From Planctomycetota bacterium (GTDB lineage: Bacteria; Planctomycetota; UBA8108; SXIK01): DNA of 64,000 bases. Location of the stretch: assembly GCA_965223845.1 (NCBI GenBank), contig CBDCXR010000004.1, positions 5,088,001 through 5,152,000 on the forward strand. The letters are read 5' to 3'. The notes under the pieces were generated by a model. It was given only the letters and a program-made list of their open reading frames with translations, was not told where the DNA came from and did not search any database. The first letter of the stretch is position 1. The number at the start of each line of letters is the position of its first letter. The translations under genes and the position numbers were made by a program. Positions 9,053-19,129 of this stretch are shown here, piece after piece.

Positions 9053-10045
9053 TCAGCGAAGTCGCCTCTCGACGTCCTTCAGGAGCTCTCGCGCGTCCTT
9101 CAGATCGTTGGCGAGGTGCGGGGGCGGTTTCGGATAGGAGGCGACGAGACCCTGAAGAACGGCGCGCGCCTCCTCCAGCCGCTCGAGTGCGATCAACGCG
9201 TCGGCTTGGTTGAGCTTCGTGATCACCACCATACGCTGATCGCTCGGCCGGTGGTCGCCGTAATACTCGAGAAGCTTCTCGAGCAAGATGATCGACTCGA
9301 CGTAGCGCTCATCGGAAATGTACGCCGCAGCGAGATTGATCGCCGCCGATCCGACGAGGTCGGCGTTCTTGAGATGGTACTTCCTCGCCGACTTGAGCGC
9401 GCGCCGGAGGATCCCGACCGCGCGTTTCAATTCGCCGATCTCCACGCACGCCGCGCCCATCGAAATCGCGAGGCCGATCTGGGACTCACTCTTCGGGTCG
9501 CGATCGCCCGAATCTTTCACGGCCTGTTCGAACACCGCGAGGGCTTCGCGGTACTCTCGAGCGTAGTAGTGCGCGATCGCGAGCGACTCGCGGACGAACG
9601 CGGTGTAGTCCTTCGTCGATTCGGGATGGTCTTCGAGCGTCTTCAGTGCCGCGAGATAGACTTTCTGCGCCCGCTTCGGCTTTCCTCCGAGGACGAGCGG
9701 ACGCGCTGCCGCGACGCGCGCCTTGAGAATCTTGAGATCACTCGCGGGCAGGCTCTTCGAGTAGGCGTGCTCGACCTCCTTCAGGCGAGCATGCGCTTCT
9801 TTGAAGCGGCCGAGGCTCATGTACTTCGCCGCGATCTCGCGTCGGAGGCCCTGAACTCGATCGTGAGCGTCCGGGTGACGCTTCCGCCGCGAGGCGAGAT
9901 CGCGCTCGAGCTTCTTGATGTCCTTCTCCGTCCGCTCGACCTCACGGGGATCGATCTGAGCCGCGGCCGCCACCGGACCCGCGATCGCGGCGGCGATGCA
10001 GAGAACGAACCAGCCAGACGTGCGTTTCGGCTTGGGCACCATCAC
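9053..10045 (-). CDS. Secreted tetratricopeptide-repeat protein
   Basis: Signal peptide (WFVLCIAAAIAGPVAAAA) and helical TPR-like units (LAIAHYYAREYREALAVFEQA, NLAAAYISDERYVESIILLEK, ALIALERLEEARAVLQ). Confidence 0.75.
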   Translation of the reverse strand: MMVPKPKRTSGWFVLCIAAAIAGPVAAAAQIDPREVERTEKDIKKLERDLASRRKRHPDAHDRVQGLRREIAAKYMSLGRFKEAHARLKEVEHAYSKSLPASDLKILKARVAAARPLVLGGKPKRAQKVYLAALKTLEDHPESTKDYTAFVRESLAIAHYYAREYREALAVFEQAVKDSGDRDPKSESQIGLAISMGAACVEIGELKRAVGILRRALKSARKYHLKNADLVGSAAINLAAAYISDERYVESIILLEKLLEYYGDHRPSDQRMVVITKLNQADALIALERLEEARAVLQGLVASYPKPPPHLANDLKDARELLKDVERRLR

Positions 10046-10556
10046 TCGGTTTTCCGATCTCGAAGGGAATCGTCAGCTCCCCTACCCCAAACGCAGAAAT
10101 GATGCTGGCCGCGGCGCTTCCGGTCAACGTTCGGTAGGAATTCGCCCCGCTCTCGTAAGCGCGCGGGACGGCTTCGTCGAAACCAGAAAAGGGCGATCGG
10201 CCGCGGGGTCGCGTGATACCATCTCCCGAATAGGAAGGGGTTCGGGTCGTCGAGAGTTGTCGCGCGGATGGGTTCCGCCAAAGTCCGGCTCCGATCGCGG
10301 GCGCAGCGAGCGTTCTCCGCATCGGGCGACGCTCGCTTCGCGCAGGGTCGATTTCGCCACGCCGCTGAACGTCCAGCATCTCGGTGCGAATCGCGAGAGT
10401 GAGCATCGCGCCGAATCCCGGTCCCGCGTCTCTCCTCGTCTCGTCACTCCGCTCGGTTTTCTGAATCCGCACTGACACTCACTTCGTCGACTTCACGGCG
10501 AGTCGGCGCTCGTACGCGCCCGAGGCGAGTGTCGCCCCCTACACCGCCCTTTCTCC

Positions 10557-13500
10557 ATGGCTCTTCGCTCGCTCGCTTTCTCTCTGGCATTGCTTTGCAC
10601 GGTTCCGTGCGGAGCCCAGGGCGTGTTCATCCGAGGAGACTGCGACCAGAGCCAGCGCCTCAACATCACGGATCCGATCTTCACTCTCGAGTTTCTCTTC
10701 GCCGACGGCCGCGAGCCGGTGTGCTTCGACGCCTGCGATTCGAACGACTCGGAACGCGTCGACATCGCAGACCCGATCTATACGCTTCTCTATCTGTTCG
10801 CCGATGGAGCGGAGCCGCGTCCTCCGTTTCCCCACGAAGGTGCCGATCCGACGGCGGCGCCGCTACCGGAGGACGATATCGGCTGTTCGAACGGGCGCAC
10901 CCCCGCCGCCGAGGTGCGCATCTCTCCGCGAGAAGTGCGGTTCGAGCGCCTCGGCGACGCGCTCGCCCTTCGTGTCGTCTCCGTCGACGCAACGGGAATC
11001 CCCGCGGACGTCCACGACGCGCCGACCATCGTCTACGACGTCGCGGATCCATCGATCGCCGAGGTCGACGGTGCGGGAGTCGTCACGGCGACGGGAATCG
11101 GTCGAACGAGTCTCAGCGTGCGCTACGCCGGCGCCGTGCGCACCGTGCCGATCGTCGTCCCCGCCGGGGCGGACGGCGGACCGACGATCCGCGTGATCTC
11201 GCCGCTCGACGGCTCGATCGTCCGCTCGGATGCCGTGATCGTCTCGGGGCTGGTCGCACGCACAACCGCGGTCATGGTCAACGGCGACAGCCTCGAAGTC
11301 GACGATGATCGATTCAGCGGAGAGGTCGAGCTCACCCTCGGCGGGAATCTCCTCCGCGTCGTCGCGATGGGCGATCCCGGTCTCGAGGCGGCGGAGGAGA
11401 TCCGAGTCACTCGCGTCGCTCGCGACGCCGCGGACGTCGTCGGTCCCGACGGGCGGTTTCTCCCGGTCGTGCCGGAACCCTTCGTCTCGTCACCCGACAC
11501 GCGCGCCCCGACCGTTCTCGTGACCTCGCCAGAGCCGGGATCGACCGTCGCGAGCTCGATCGTCCACGTCGAGGGGACGGTCGACGAGAACGATGTCTTC
11601 GTAACCGTCGGCGGGGTCGCCGCGCTCGTCGCCGACCGCTCGTTTCGCGCGACCTTGTCGCTTCCCCCGGGAGAGTCGACTGTCCGCGTCATCGCGACGG
11701 ACGCGCTCGAGAACGTGGGCGAGTCCGAGTTTCGAGTCCGCGTCGAGGCGGCCGCGCCGCGACTCGCGATCGTTGATCCGCCCGACGCGCCGACGCTCGT
11801 CTTCGGAAGGCGAACGGCGCGGCTTCGCGGCACCGTCTCGCCTCCGGGTGCGACCGTCGTCGCGAACGGTCGCCGGGCCGAAGTCAACGGCTCGACGTGG
11901 CAGGTCGACGTCGCGTTTCGCGATGGCGTGCAGCGTCTCGTGCTCGCGGCGCAGAGCTTCGGAGCGGCGGGCGCACCCGTTCGGTCGCAGCTCGTCCGCT
12001 CGGTCGTCGTCGACGAATCGCCGCCGCTCGTCGAACTCGCTTTTCCTCCGGACGGGGAGTTCATCGGAGGCGCGGCGTTCGAAACCGACGCCTCGACGCT
12101 CCTCTGGACCGGCCGCATCGAGGACGCGGGCGGCGCTCCGCGACCCTTCGTCGGCACGCTCGCCATCGACATCGACGGTGTTGCCGCGACGGTCTCGCGC
12201 AACGCGTTCTCCGCGTCAGTCCCGGTTCCGCCCGGCGCGAATGACCTCGAGCTCGTCGCGCGCGACGCCCGCGGGAATGAACTCCGGCGACGGCTGAGCG
12301 TCGTCCGGCGCAGCTTCCCGCGCAGCTTCGAGCTACTCTCGCCCGCGGTGAGTGACTCTCCCCGCGGATCGAACGAATTCCTCCGCGTTCGCGTCACCGA
12401 AAGCGGACGCGTCGTTCCGAACGTCGAGGTGGTCTGGTCGATCCGATGGGGCGAATCGGCGTTCGAATCGCCCGGAACGGGAGTCCGGGAGCGGACAACG
12501 CGAACGTTCACGGACGCCTCGGGCGTCGCTGCCGTCGCGTGGAGCGCCGGAGAAGCAGCTGGGCTCCAAACCGTCGTCGTCCGCTCCCGCGACTGCGCGA
12601 CGCGGTCCTTCGTTCGAACCGTCGCTCACGGCGACGCGACGCTTCTCGTCACCCGCCGCGACGGACCGTTCGTCGTCTCTACGGACGAAGGATCGCGATC
12701 GATTCCGGTTCGCCTCTTCGACCTGGCGGGGAACGAGATCCCGGATGAAGACATCACCACCGAAGTCATCGCCGGAGGAGCGAGCCTCGGCGGCGCACAG
12801 ATCGCGCGCGACCGTACGAACGCACACGGCATCGTCTCCGTCATCGTCACCGTGCCCCCGGACGATGACAGCGAGAGCCTGCTCCGACTCTCTCACCGTG
12901 GCGGCGCCGTGCTCGAGCTAACGGTCGAGGGACGCAAACCGGGAGCGGCCGCCGACACCGACGTCGTCGGCACGATCGCGTATGAAGACGGCGCGCCGAT
13001 TGCCGGAGCGCGCATCACTCTCGCGGGCTGGGAGAGCACGCCGGGGCTCATCGCGGCCACCGACGCGTTCGGTCGGTTTCGCATCGGCGGTGCGCCAAGC
13101 GGGTGCGGAGTGATCCAGATCACTTCGGAGCTCGGCACCGCCTCGCGACCGATCGAGACCTTGACCGGTCGCCGCCTCGAGCTCGGGCGCATCTCGCTTC
13201 CCCAGCCAGAGCTCGTCGACGCGAGGCGCCGCTCCCTCTCGGCGACACAGGTCGAAACGAATCCGAATGGGGCTCGCGTCGTTCTACCCGCGCTTCCGGG
13301 AGCGCAGCTTCACCTCACTCCCCTCGATCTGATCACATCGCACGGGGAGTTCACTCTCGCGGCGCCGCACCTTCACGTCGCTCCCGCTTCGGCGCCGGAC
13401 GGCACGCATCCCATCGGACTCGTCGGGGTCCTGCCCGAAGACGGACGATTCGCGCGCGCGCCGGCGATCGCCCTGCCAGCGATCGGGTCCGCGGGCGACC

Positions 13501-16500
13501 AACGCTTCACTCTTTACGAGTTTCGCGCTGCGGCCGGCGGCTTCGTCGATCTCGGTACGACGGTCGTCGAAGCGGGAACAAAGCGCATCGACGTTCCTCG
13601 CCATCTTGCGCCTCGGTCGGGCGGCTACTTTTTCGCGGCACCATCTCGGCGGCCCCCTTCCGGCGACACCGTGGTCGGGGGACAGATCGCTTTCGTCGGC
13701 CCGGAGGACGGTCAGGTTCCGCAGCGCGCGCGAAGCGAGGTGCTCGGGTTCCAAGTCTACGCGCACTCCGGCGAGCTCTACGTCGAGGAAGAGGACCTCG
13801 TCGTCCGTGGCCGTGGACTCTCGTTTCGCTTCGGGCGACGGTACGAGAGCCGCCACGAATTCGTGGGCTCGCTCGGGAACAACTGGGAGCACGACTACGA
13901 GGACCGCCGCATCTATCCGGGTCTCGGCGGGCGAAACATCGTCCGGGCGAACGGACGAGGGTCCTTCGACGAATACCTCTACGACGCGAACGCGGACGGG
14001 TACATCTCGCCGATTGGCGTCTTCTCTCACCTCTGGCGCGTGGCCGAGGGTTGGATCGAACGGGATCCGGAGGGGATCCGCTACGAGTACGAATCGTTCG
14101 ACGGCACCGCTCGGGCCGGTCGACTCGCGGCGATCGAAGACGCAGCCGGAAACCGGATGGAGTTCACCCGAAAGGAGAACGGTCGCATCGACTTCGTACG
14201 CGACAGCCTCGGAAGGCGAATCGTCTACGAGCACGACGAGCGCGGGCGAGTGCGAAGGGTGACCGATTTCACCGGCCGCCGCGTGGAGTTCGAATACGAT
14301 GCGCGCGGAGATCTCGTCGCCGTCACCGGTCCGGCCGTCGTTGGACTCCCGACGCCGAATCTCTTTCCGAACGGGAAACGGAGCGAGTACCGATACTCGA
14401 GCGGATTCGACGACGAACGCCTCAATCACAATCTCACTCAGATCATCGATCCGGCCGAAGTGATCGGTGCCGGACGCGCGCGCGTCACCATCGAGTACGG
14501 GGAGGGTCCGGACATCGAGACCTTCGACCGCGTGACGGCGCAGGAATGGAGCGTCCCCGACGGAAACGGAAGCGAGTCGAGTCGCGCCGAGTTCGACTAC
14601 GCTTCCCTCGTCGCCCCAGGAAGACCGGATCCGGCGAACGTAGAGGATCTCGAGGAAGCGCTCCTCGGCCCCGCCGCGCGCACGGACTTCACGAATGCCC
14701 GTGGAGTTCGCTCCCGCGTGATCTCGAGCGGCGCGGGCCTACCGCTCGTCGTTCGCGTGTACACGTCACCGGCTCTCGACGATCTCCGCGCGCGCGACCC
14801 GACGCGACGATTCCCCACGCCCGGAGTGGCCCCCCGGCACTACGAGACGAGACGCGAGTGGACCCGCGAAGGGCTTCTTCGCGCGATCACTCATCCCGGC
14901 GGCGATCGAACGCGATTCGAGCACGACGAGCGCGCGCCGCTCCGTCATGCGCAAGCGGCGATCACGCGCGTCGTCGAGGTCCCGCTCGCCGAGGCACCCG
15001 GCGAGGCGACTCCGGCCGTGACGACCTATCGGCGCGACCCCTTCTTCGGTCGCGTCCTCGAGCTCGTCCCACCGCGAGGAAACCGGCCCGGCGCGAACGC
15101 CGAAGACTTCGTCGAGAGGTCGTTCGTCGACTACCAAGAGGGCACGGAGATCGACGAGCTCGCCTCTCGCGTCGGGCGCGACGTCGACACAGTACGCGCG
15201 GCACTCCTCCACGCGGGGATCGAGCTCGGACTCGGTGATCTAAACGGTGACGGGGAAACGAGCCGGGCCTTCGGTCGCATCGTGCGCGTCGTTCGCCCCC
15301 CACTCGAGACCCCCGCCGGTGGAAGTGAGGAGAGCATCGCCACGAAAGCGTACAACCGCTTCGGCCAACTCGTCGAAGAGCGCGACGGGTCCGGTCGACT
15401 CGTCCGCTTTCGGTATCACTCGGAGACCGATCCGGAGGGAGATGGCACCGCGACGAACGGCGAGGGACTGGACCCCGAAACGGGCGGATTCCTCGCCGCG
15501 GAGATCCGCGTCCTCGACGAGGCGGCCGGCGACGAGATCGCACGATCGTTCCGCTACGACGAGTGGGGACATCCTCGCGAACTTACCGACGGACGCGGAA
15601 ACACGTTGATCCACACCTACAACGCGCTCGGCCAGCTCGTTCAGATCCAGTTCCCGTCGCCGCTTCGCTACCGCAGACAGGTCTTCTACGACGCCAGCGA
15701 TCGCGCGACGCTCGTTCGCCTGGAGAACTTCTCGATGACGGACGGCGGGATTCCATTCGCCGTGGCGGAGAATCGCTGGTTCGAGACGAGAATCGACTAC
15801 GACATTCTCCATCGCCCGATCCGAGTCGAACGCGAAATCGAAGAGGGAGAGCTCACCGGCGAGGCGCGCGCGGCGATCACGCGGATTCACTACACGCCGA
15901 CGGGCGAGATCGCGAGAATCGAACGCGACGGCGACGAGGCGAGCGAGGCGTGGCGCTACGACGAACGCGGCCTTCCGCTCTGGCACGCGCGCGGCCCTGG
16001 AACCGCAGACGAAGCCGCGATCACGAATCTTCGCGACGCCGCCGGGCAGCCGGTCGTTCGCATCGATGCGGCAGATTCGGACGGCGATGGCGAGCCGGAA
16101 CGGCAGAGATTCGTTCGCGACGGCTTCCATCGCTCGATCGCAGAGATCGACGCTCTCGGAGGCGCGAGGATCATCGCGCGCGACGTCGAAGGGCGCGCGC
16201 TCGACGAGGCCATCGTCGGGGATCCAGGGCGTGTGGGCGCGGCATCGGGCGGCGGGGACTCGCCGCTCGTTCTGCTCGCGCGCCGCTCATGGACCTACAA
16301 CGCGCGCGGCGGCGTCGAAACATCGCGTCGCGAGCTCTTCGGAGGCATCACGCCGGAGGGAGACCCCCTTCCGCCCGAGACGCTGATCACCCGCTACTGG
16401 TACGACGGCGCAGACCGTCTCATCGCCCGGCGAGATCCGCTCGGTTTGCTCACCGAGCGAGAGTACGACGGCGCCGGACGCCTCGAAAGGATCCGCGAAC

Positions 16501-18878
16501 CCTCCGGCACGACCGAATTCCTGCGCGACGGCAACGGAAACATCCTGCGCGAAACGCGCGAGACGTTGACCCTCGAACCGCTCGTCTCGCCGCCGCCGGA
16601 GGACGATCCCGAGTTCGATGCGAGCGGCCGCTACCGCGAACGCCGGAGCGTCGTTCGGGTTTTCGACCCGCTCGACCGTCCGAGCGTCACCATTACCGCA
16701 TCGGGAGGCGTGTGGCGCGCCCGCTACGACGCCGCGAGCAACATCATCCTCGTCACAGATCCGGAGGGGCCGAACCTCAACCCGGACGCCGATCCCGAGA
16801 TTGCGGGCGTCGTCGATCTCATCGACCCAGAGATTCGCGGCGCGCTGAACGCGCACGGAAATCACATCCGCTACCGGTACGACAATCTCGGCCGACTCGT
16901 CGAATCGGCGCACGAGCTGCGTGCGGGTGGCACCGGCGGCGGGAGCATCGATCGAGACAATCCGTTCAACAACGATGGACTGATCGTCGAGAAGTACGGA
17001 TACGACGCGAGCGGTCGTCTCTCGAGCCGAACGGACGATCGCGGAAACGTGACTGCGGTCGAGTACGACGCGGCGGGGCATCCTCGAGCGAAAACCTATC
17101 CCGGTGGGACGACCGAGACGTATCGCTACGACCGCGACGGCAATTTGCTCGAGCTGCGCGACGCGGGTGGCTCCGTGTTCCGCCAGGAGTTCGACGCGCT
17201 CCATCGCGTCGTCACACGACGCATCGAACGCGGCGAAGGAATCGCGGGAACGACGCTGCAGCGGTTCACGTACGACGGACTCTCTCGCGTCCGAAGCAGC
17301 CTCGACAACAACGATCCGGACGAAGATGGTGACGATGCTCTCCGCGTCGTGAGCTTCGATTCGCTCGGCCGTCGCGTAGAGGAGATCCAGGCGGGGTTCC
17401 CCGTTCGTTCGGGCTACGATCGGAACGGGCGGCTCACTTGGCGCCGGCATCCGGACGGACGGACGATTTTCTCTCCGCGCGATGTCCTCGGAGCGCAGCG
17501 ATCGTTAGCCGACGGAGCGGGTCCGTTCGCCGAGTACCGCTATTTCGGTTCGGGAGACCTCCTCGAGAAGGTGCTCCCGAACGACGCTCGCCTCTCGTTT
17601 CTTCGCGCGCGTGGAGACGAGACTCCGCGGCGGGGCGGCTATCACCGGACGGGCGAGCCGCTCGAGCTCCTCTACACGAATTCGGCGGGCGCCATCGTAG
17701 TCGGCTTCGAGTACGGCAGGAATCGTCTCGGCGATCCGGTCTACCGTCTTCCGCGGCACCAGGGTGACGGCCGCGGCGATGCTTGGCGCTTCGACTCGGT
17801 GTATCGTCTCCGCCGATTCATTCCGAACGTGTTCAATCCGGCGTCGCCGCCGCCCGACCCGACCGAGAAGCTCGACGTCTTTCCCGACGGAAATCACAAC
17901 TGGCATCTCGTCGAGGTCGACTTCCAGCGCACGATGCTCGAGGTGAACGAGCGGAATGAGTACACCTCGTCCGGCGACGAGGCGTACTCGTACGACGGCG
18001 CCGGCAATCTCACCGCCACGGATCGGCTTCGGTTTCAATACGATGCACTCGCGCGGCTGGTCGAAGTGCAGCGCGATGGCGAGCTCGTCGCGCGTTACAC
18101 CTACGATGCCACGGGGAGTTCGAGCTCTCGCGCGTTTCGCGGACGGGGCCAGAGGACGTGGAAACGCGTCGCGATTCCGGCGCGAGGGCAACCGGCGGGG
18201 GAGGTCGCGTTTCTCTACGCCGGATCGGAGCTCATCGAAGAACGCGTTCTCGGCGGCGCACTCCGGCAGTTCGTTTGGGAAGAGATCTCGGGTACTCGCT
18301 CGATCGCCGCACGCATAGAGCGGGTCGGAAGCGAGTTCCCGGCCGTCGATTTCTTCATCGGGAACGCGGAGCGCAGCACCGCGGCCATCCTCGACACCGC
18401 CGGCGCGATCGTGGAGACGACTCGCTTCGACGCGCACGGCATTCCACGAATCATCAACCCCTCGGGGCTCGACCTCGCGTACTCGCGCCGGGGCAACTCG
18501 GGCTTCTTGCCGGGGGCGTACTATGACTACGAGATCGGGATGCACCTCGTCGGCGCGAGGCACTTCGATCCGTCGCTGGGGCGGTACCTGTCGCGCGGTG
18601 GGTCGACGGAACCGCTCACGCGTGCGCCACTCGGCCTAAACCCGTATCTCGTTCCCTCTCTCGGTGGAATTGCCGGCGCCGTGACGGGCGAAGGCACTGC
18701 GCTTCGTCGCGATCCGGCGATCGAGCCGCTCCGGGTCCACGCCGCGCACCGCTACGTGGAGTTCTCGGTCGCGGAGCGCGACGCGAGCGGCGCGCGGGCC
18801 GCGGCTCTCTCTCTCTATCCGCTCGGCGGCCCGCGAGACGCTCCGCGTCGACGAGACAGGATCGATCGAGCGGAGTGA
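10557..18878 (+). CDS. Secreted RHS/YD-repeat protein with N-terminal dockerin, Ig-like stalk and carboxypeptidase-regulatory-like domain
   Basis: Signal peptide; FIRGDCD..NITDPIF..LF..C.DACDSND..VDIADPIY..LF dockerin (about 10626-10853); Ig-like repeats; SGELYVEEEDL..GRGL..RRYES..LGNNW (DUF6531-like, about 13767); many YD repeats; core end YYDYEIGMHLVGARHFDPSLGRYLS. Confidence 0.88.
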   Translation: MALRSLAFSLALLCTVPCGAQGVFIRGDCDQSQRLNITDPIFTLEFLFADGREPVCFDACDSNDSERVDIADPIYTLLYLFADGAEPRPPFPHEGADPTAAPLPEDDIGCSNGRTPAAEVRISPREVRFERLGDALALRVVSVDATGIPADVHDAPTIVYDVADPSIAEVDGAGVVTATGIGRTSLSVRYAGAVRTVPIVVPAGADGGPTIRVISPLDGSIVRSDAVIVSGLVARTTAVMVNGDSLEVDDDRFSGEVELTLGGNLLRVVAMGDPGLEAAEEIRVTRVARDAADVVGPDGRFLPVVPEPFVSSPDTRAPTVLVTSPEPGSTVASSIVHVEGTVDENDVFVTVGGVAALVADRSFRATLSLPPGESTVRVIATDALENVGESEFRVRVEAAAPRLAIVDPPDAPTLVFGRRTARLRGTVSPPGATVVANGRRAEVNGSTWQVDVAFRDGVQRLVLAAQSFGAAGAPVRSQLVRSVVVDESPPLVELAFPPDGEFIGGAAFETDASTLLWTGRIEDAGGAPRPFVGTLAIDIDGVAATVSRNAFSASVPVPPGANDLELVARDARGNELRRRLSVVRRSFPRSFELLSPAVSDSPRGSNEFLRVRVTESGRVVPNVEVVWSIRWGESAFESPGTGVRERTTRTFTDASGVAAVAWSAGEAAGLQTVVVRSRDCATRSFVRTVAHGDATLLVTRRDGPFVVSTDEGSRSIPVRLFDLAGNEIPDEDITTEVIAGGASLGGAQIARDRTNAHGIVSVIVTVPPDDDSESLLRLSHRGGAVLELTVEGRKPGAAADTDVVGTIAYEDGAPIAGARITLAGWESTPGLIAATDAFGRFRIGGAPSGCGVIQITSELGTASRPIETLTGRRLELGRISLPQPELVDARRRSLSATQVETNPNGARVVLPALPGAQLHLTPLDLITSHGEFTLAAPHLHVAPASAPDGTHPIGLVGVLPEDGRFARAPAIALPAIGSAGDQRFTLYEFRAAAGGFVDLGTTVVEAGTKRIDVPRHLAPRSGGYFFAAPSRRPPSGDTVVGGQIAFVGPEDGQVPQRARSEVLGFQVYAHSGELYVEEEDLVVRGRGLSFRFGRRYESRHEFVGSLGNNWEHDYEDRRIYPGLGGRNIVRANGRGSFDEYLYDANADGYISPIGVFSHLWRVAEGWIERDPEGIRYEYESFDGTARAGRLAAIEDAAGNRMEFTRKENGRIDFVRDSLGRRIVYEHDERGRVRRVTDFTGRRVEFEYDARGDLVAVTGPAVVGLPTPNLFPNGKRSEYRYSSGFDDERLNHNLTQIIDPAEVIGAGRARVTIEYGEGPDIETFDRVTAQEWSVPDGNGSESSRAEFDYASLVAPGRPDPANVEDLEEALLGPAARTDFTNARGVRSRVISSGAGLPLVVRVYTSPALDDLRARDPTRRFPTPGVAPRHYETRREWTREGLLRAITHPGGDRTRFEHDERAPLRHAQAAITRVVEVPLAEAPGEATPAVTTYRRDPFFGRVLELVPPRGNRPGANAEDFVERSFVDYQEGTEIDELASRVGRDVDTVRAALLHAGIELGLGDLNGDGETSRAFGRIVRVVRPPLETPAGGSEESIATKAYNRFGQLVEERDGSGRLVRFRYHSETDPEGDGTATNGEGLDPETGGFLAAEIRVLDEAAGDEIARSFRYDEWGHPRELTDGRGNTLIHTYNALGQLVQIQFPSPLRYRRQVFYDASDRATLVRLENFSMTDGGIPFAVAENRWFETRIDYDILHRPIRVEREIEEGELTGEARAAITRIHYTPTGEIARIERDGDEASEAWRYDERGLPLWHARGPGTADEAAITNLRDAAGQPVVRIDAADSDGDGEPERQRFVRDGFHRSIAEIDALGGARIIARDVEGRALDEAIVGDPGRVGAASGGGDSPLVLLARRSWTYNARGGVETSRRELFGGITPEGDPLPPETLITRYWYDGADRLIARRDPLGLLTEREYDGAGRLERIREPSGTTEFLRDGNGNILRETRETLTLEPLVSPPPEDDPEFDASGRYRERRSVVRVFDPLDRPSVTITASGGVWRARYDAASNIILVTDPEGPNLNPDADPEIAGVVDLIDPEIRGALNAHGNHIRYRYDNLGRLVESAHELRAGGTGGGSIDRDNPFNNDGLIVEKYGYDASGRLSSRTDDRGNVTAVEYDAAGHPRAKTYPGGTTETYRYDRDGNLLELRDAGGSVFRQEFDALHRVVTRRIERGEGIAGTTLQRFTYDGLSRVRSSLDNNDPDEDGDDALRVVSFDSLGRRVEEIQAGFPVRSGYDRNGRLTWRRHPDGRTIFSPRDVLGAQRSLADGAGPFAEYRYFGSGDLLEKVLPNDARLSFLRARGDETPRRGGYHRTGEPLELLYTNSAGAIVVGFEYGRNRLGDPVYRLPRHQGDGRGDAWRFDSVYRLRRFIPNVFNPASPPPDPTEKLDVFPDGNHNWHLVEVDFQRTMLEVNERNEYTSSGDEAYSYDGAGNLTATDRLRFQYDALARLVEVQRDGELVARYTYDATGSSSSRAFRGRGQRTWKRVAIPARGQPAGEVAFLYAGSELIEERVLGGALRQFVWEEISGTRSIAARIERVGSEFPAVDFFIGNAERSTAAILDTAGAIVETTRFDAHGIPRIINPSGLDLAYSRRGNSGFLPGAYYDYEIGMHLVGARHFDPSLGRYLSRGGSTEPLTRAPLGLNPYLVPSLGGIAGAVTGEGTALRRDPAIEPLRVHAAHRYVEFSVAERDASGARAAALSLYPLGGPRDAPRRRDRIDRAE

Positions 18879-19129
18879 TCCCGGTCGGACGCTGAGCGAA
18901 GCCCCGCCGACTCCGGCTCCGGGGTCCGTCCCCACAGGGAAATACCGGCTTTGTTCGGGTCCTCGGCATCGCACACCGTCGCTCGCTCTCGCCGGATCGC
19001 TGTTCCCGGGGAGACTCCGGCCCGTCCCGCCTGGAGAGAAGACCGGGTGGATCGTATCCTGGAGCGCGCCGGGCGCCGTCGCGCGCGGACCACTGGGTAG
19101 GTGATTTGAGTCGCACGGAGGAAGGGTCC

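Noticed and set aside
10046-10556. 510-bp divergent intergenic region with a hairpin near 10301-10343 as a possible ncRNA
   Set aside because: Only one modest stem and no recognisable RNA family motif; adequately explained as divergent promoters.
10557-18878. RHS protein as a T6SS polymorphic toxin
   Set aside because: It has a Sec signal, no PAAR/VgrG linkage, no DPxG motif, no toxin domain and no immunity gene.
19001-19030. TGTTCCCGGG also present on the minus strand at 59808-59817 as a possible second ECF -35 box
   Set aside because: No matching -10 box at a consistent spacing; could be chance in GC-rich DNA.
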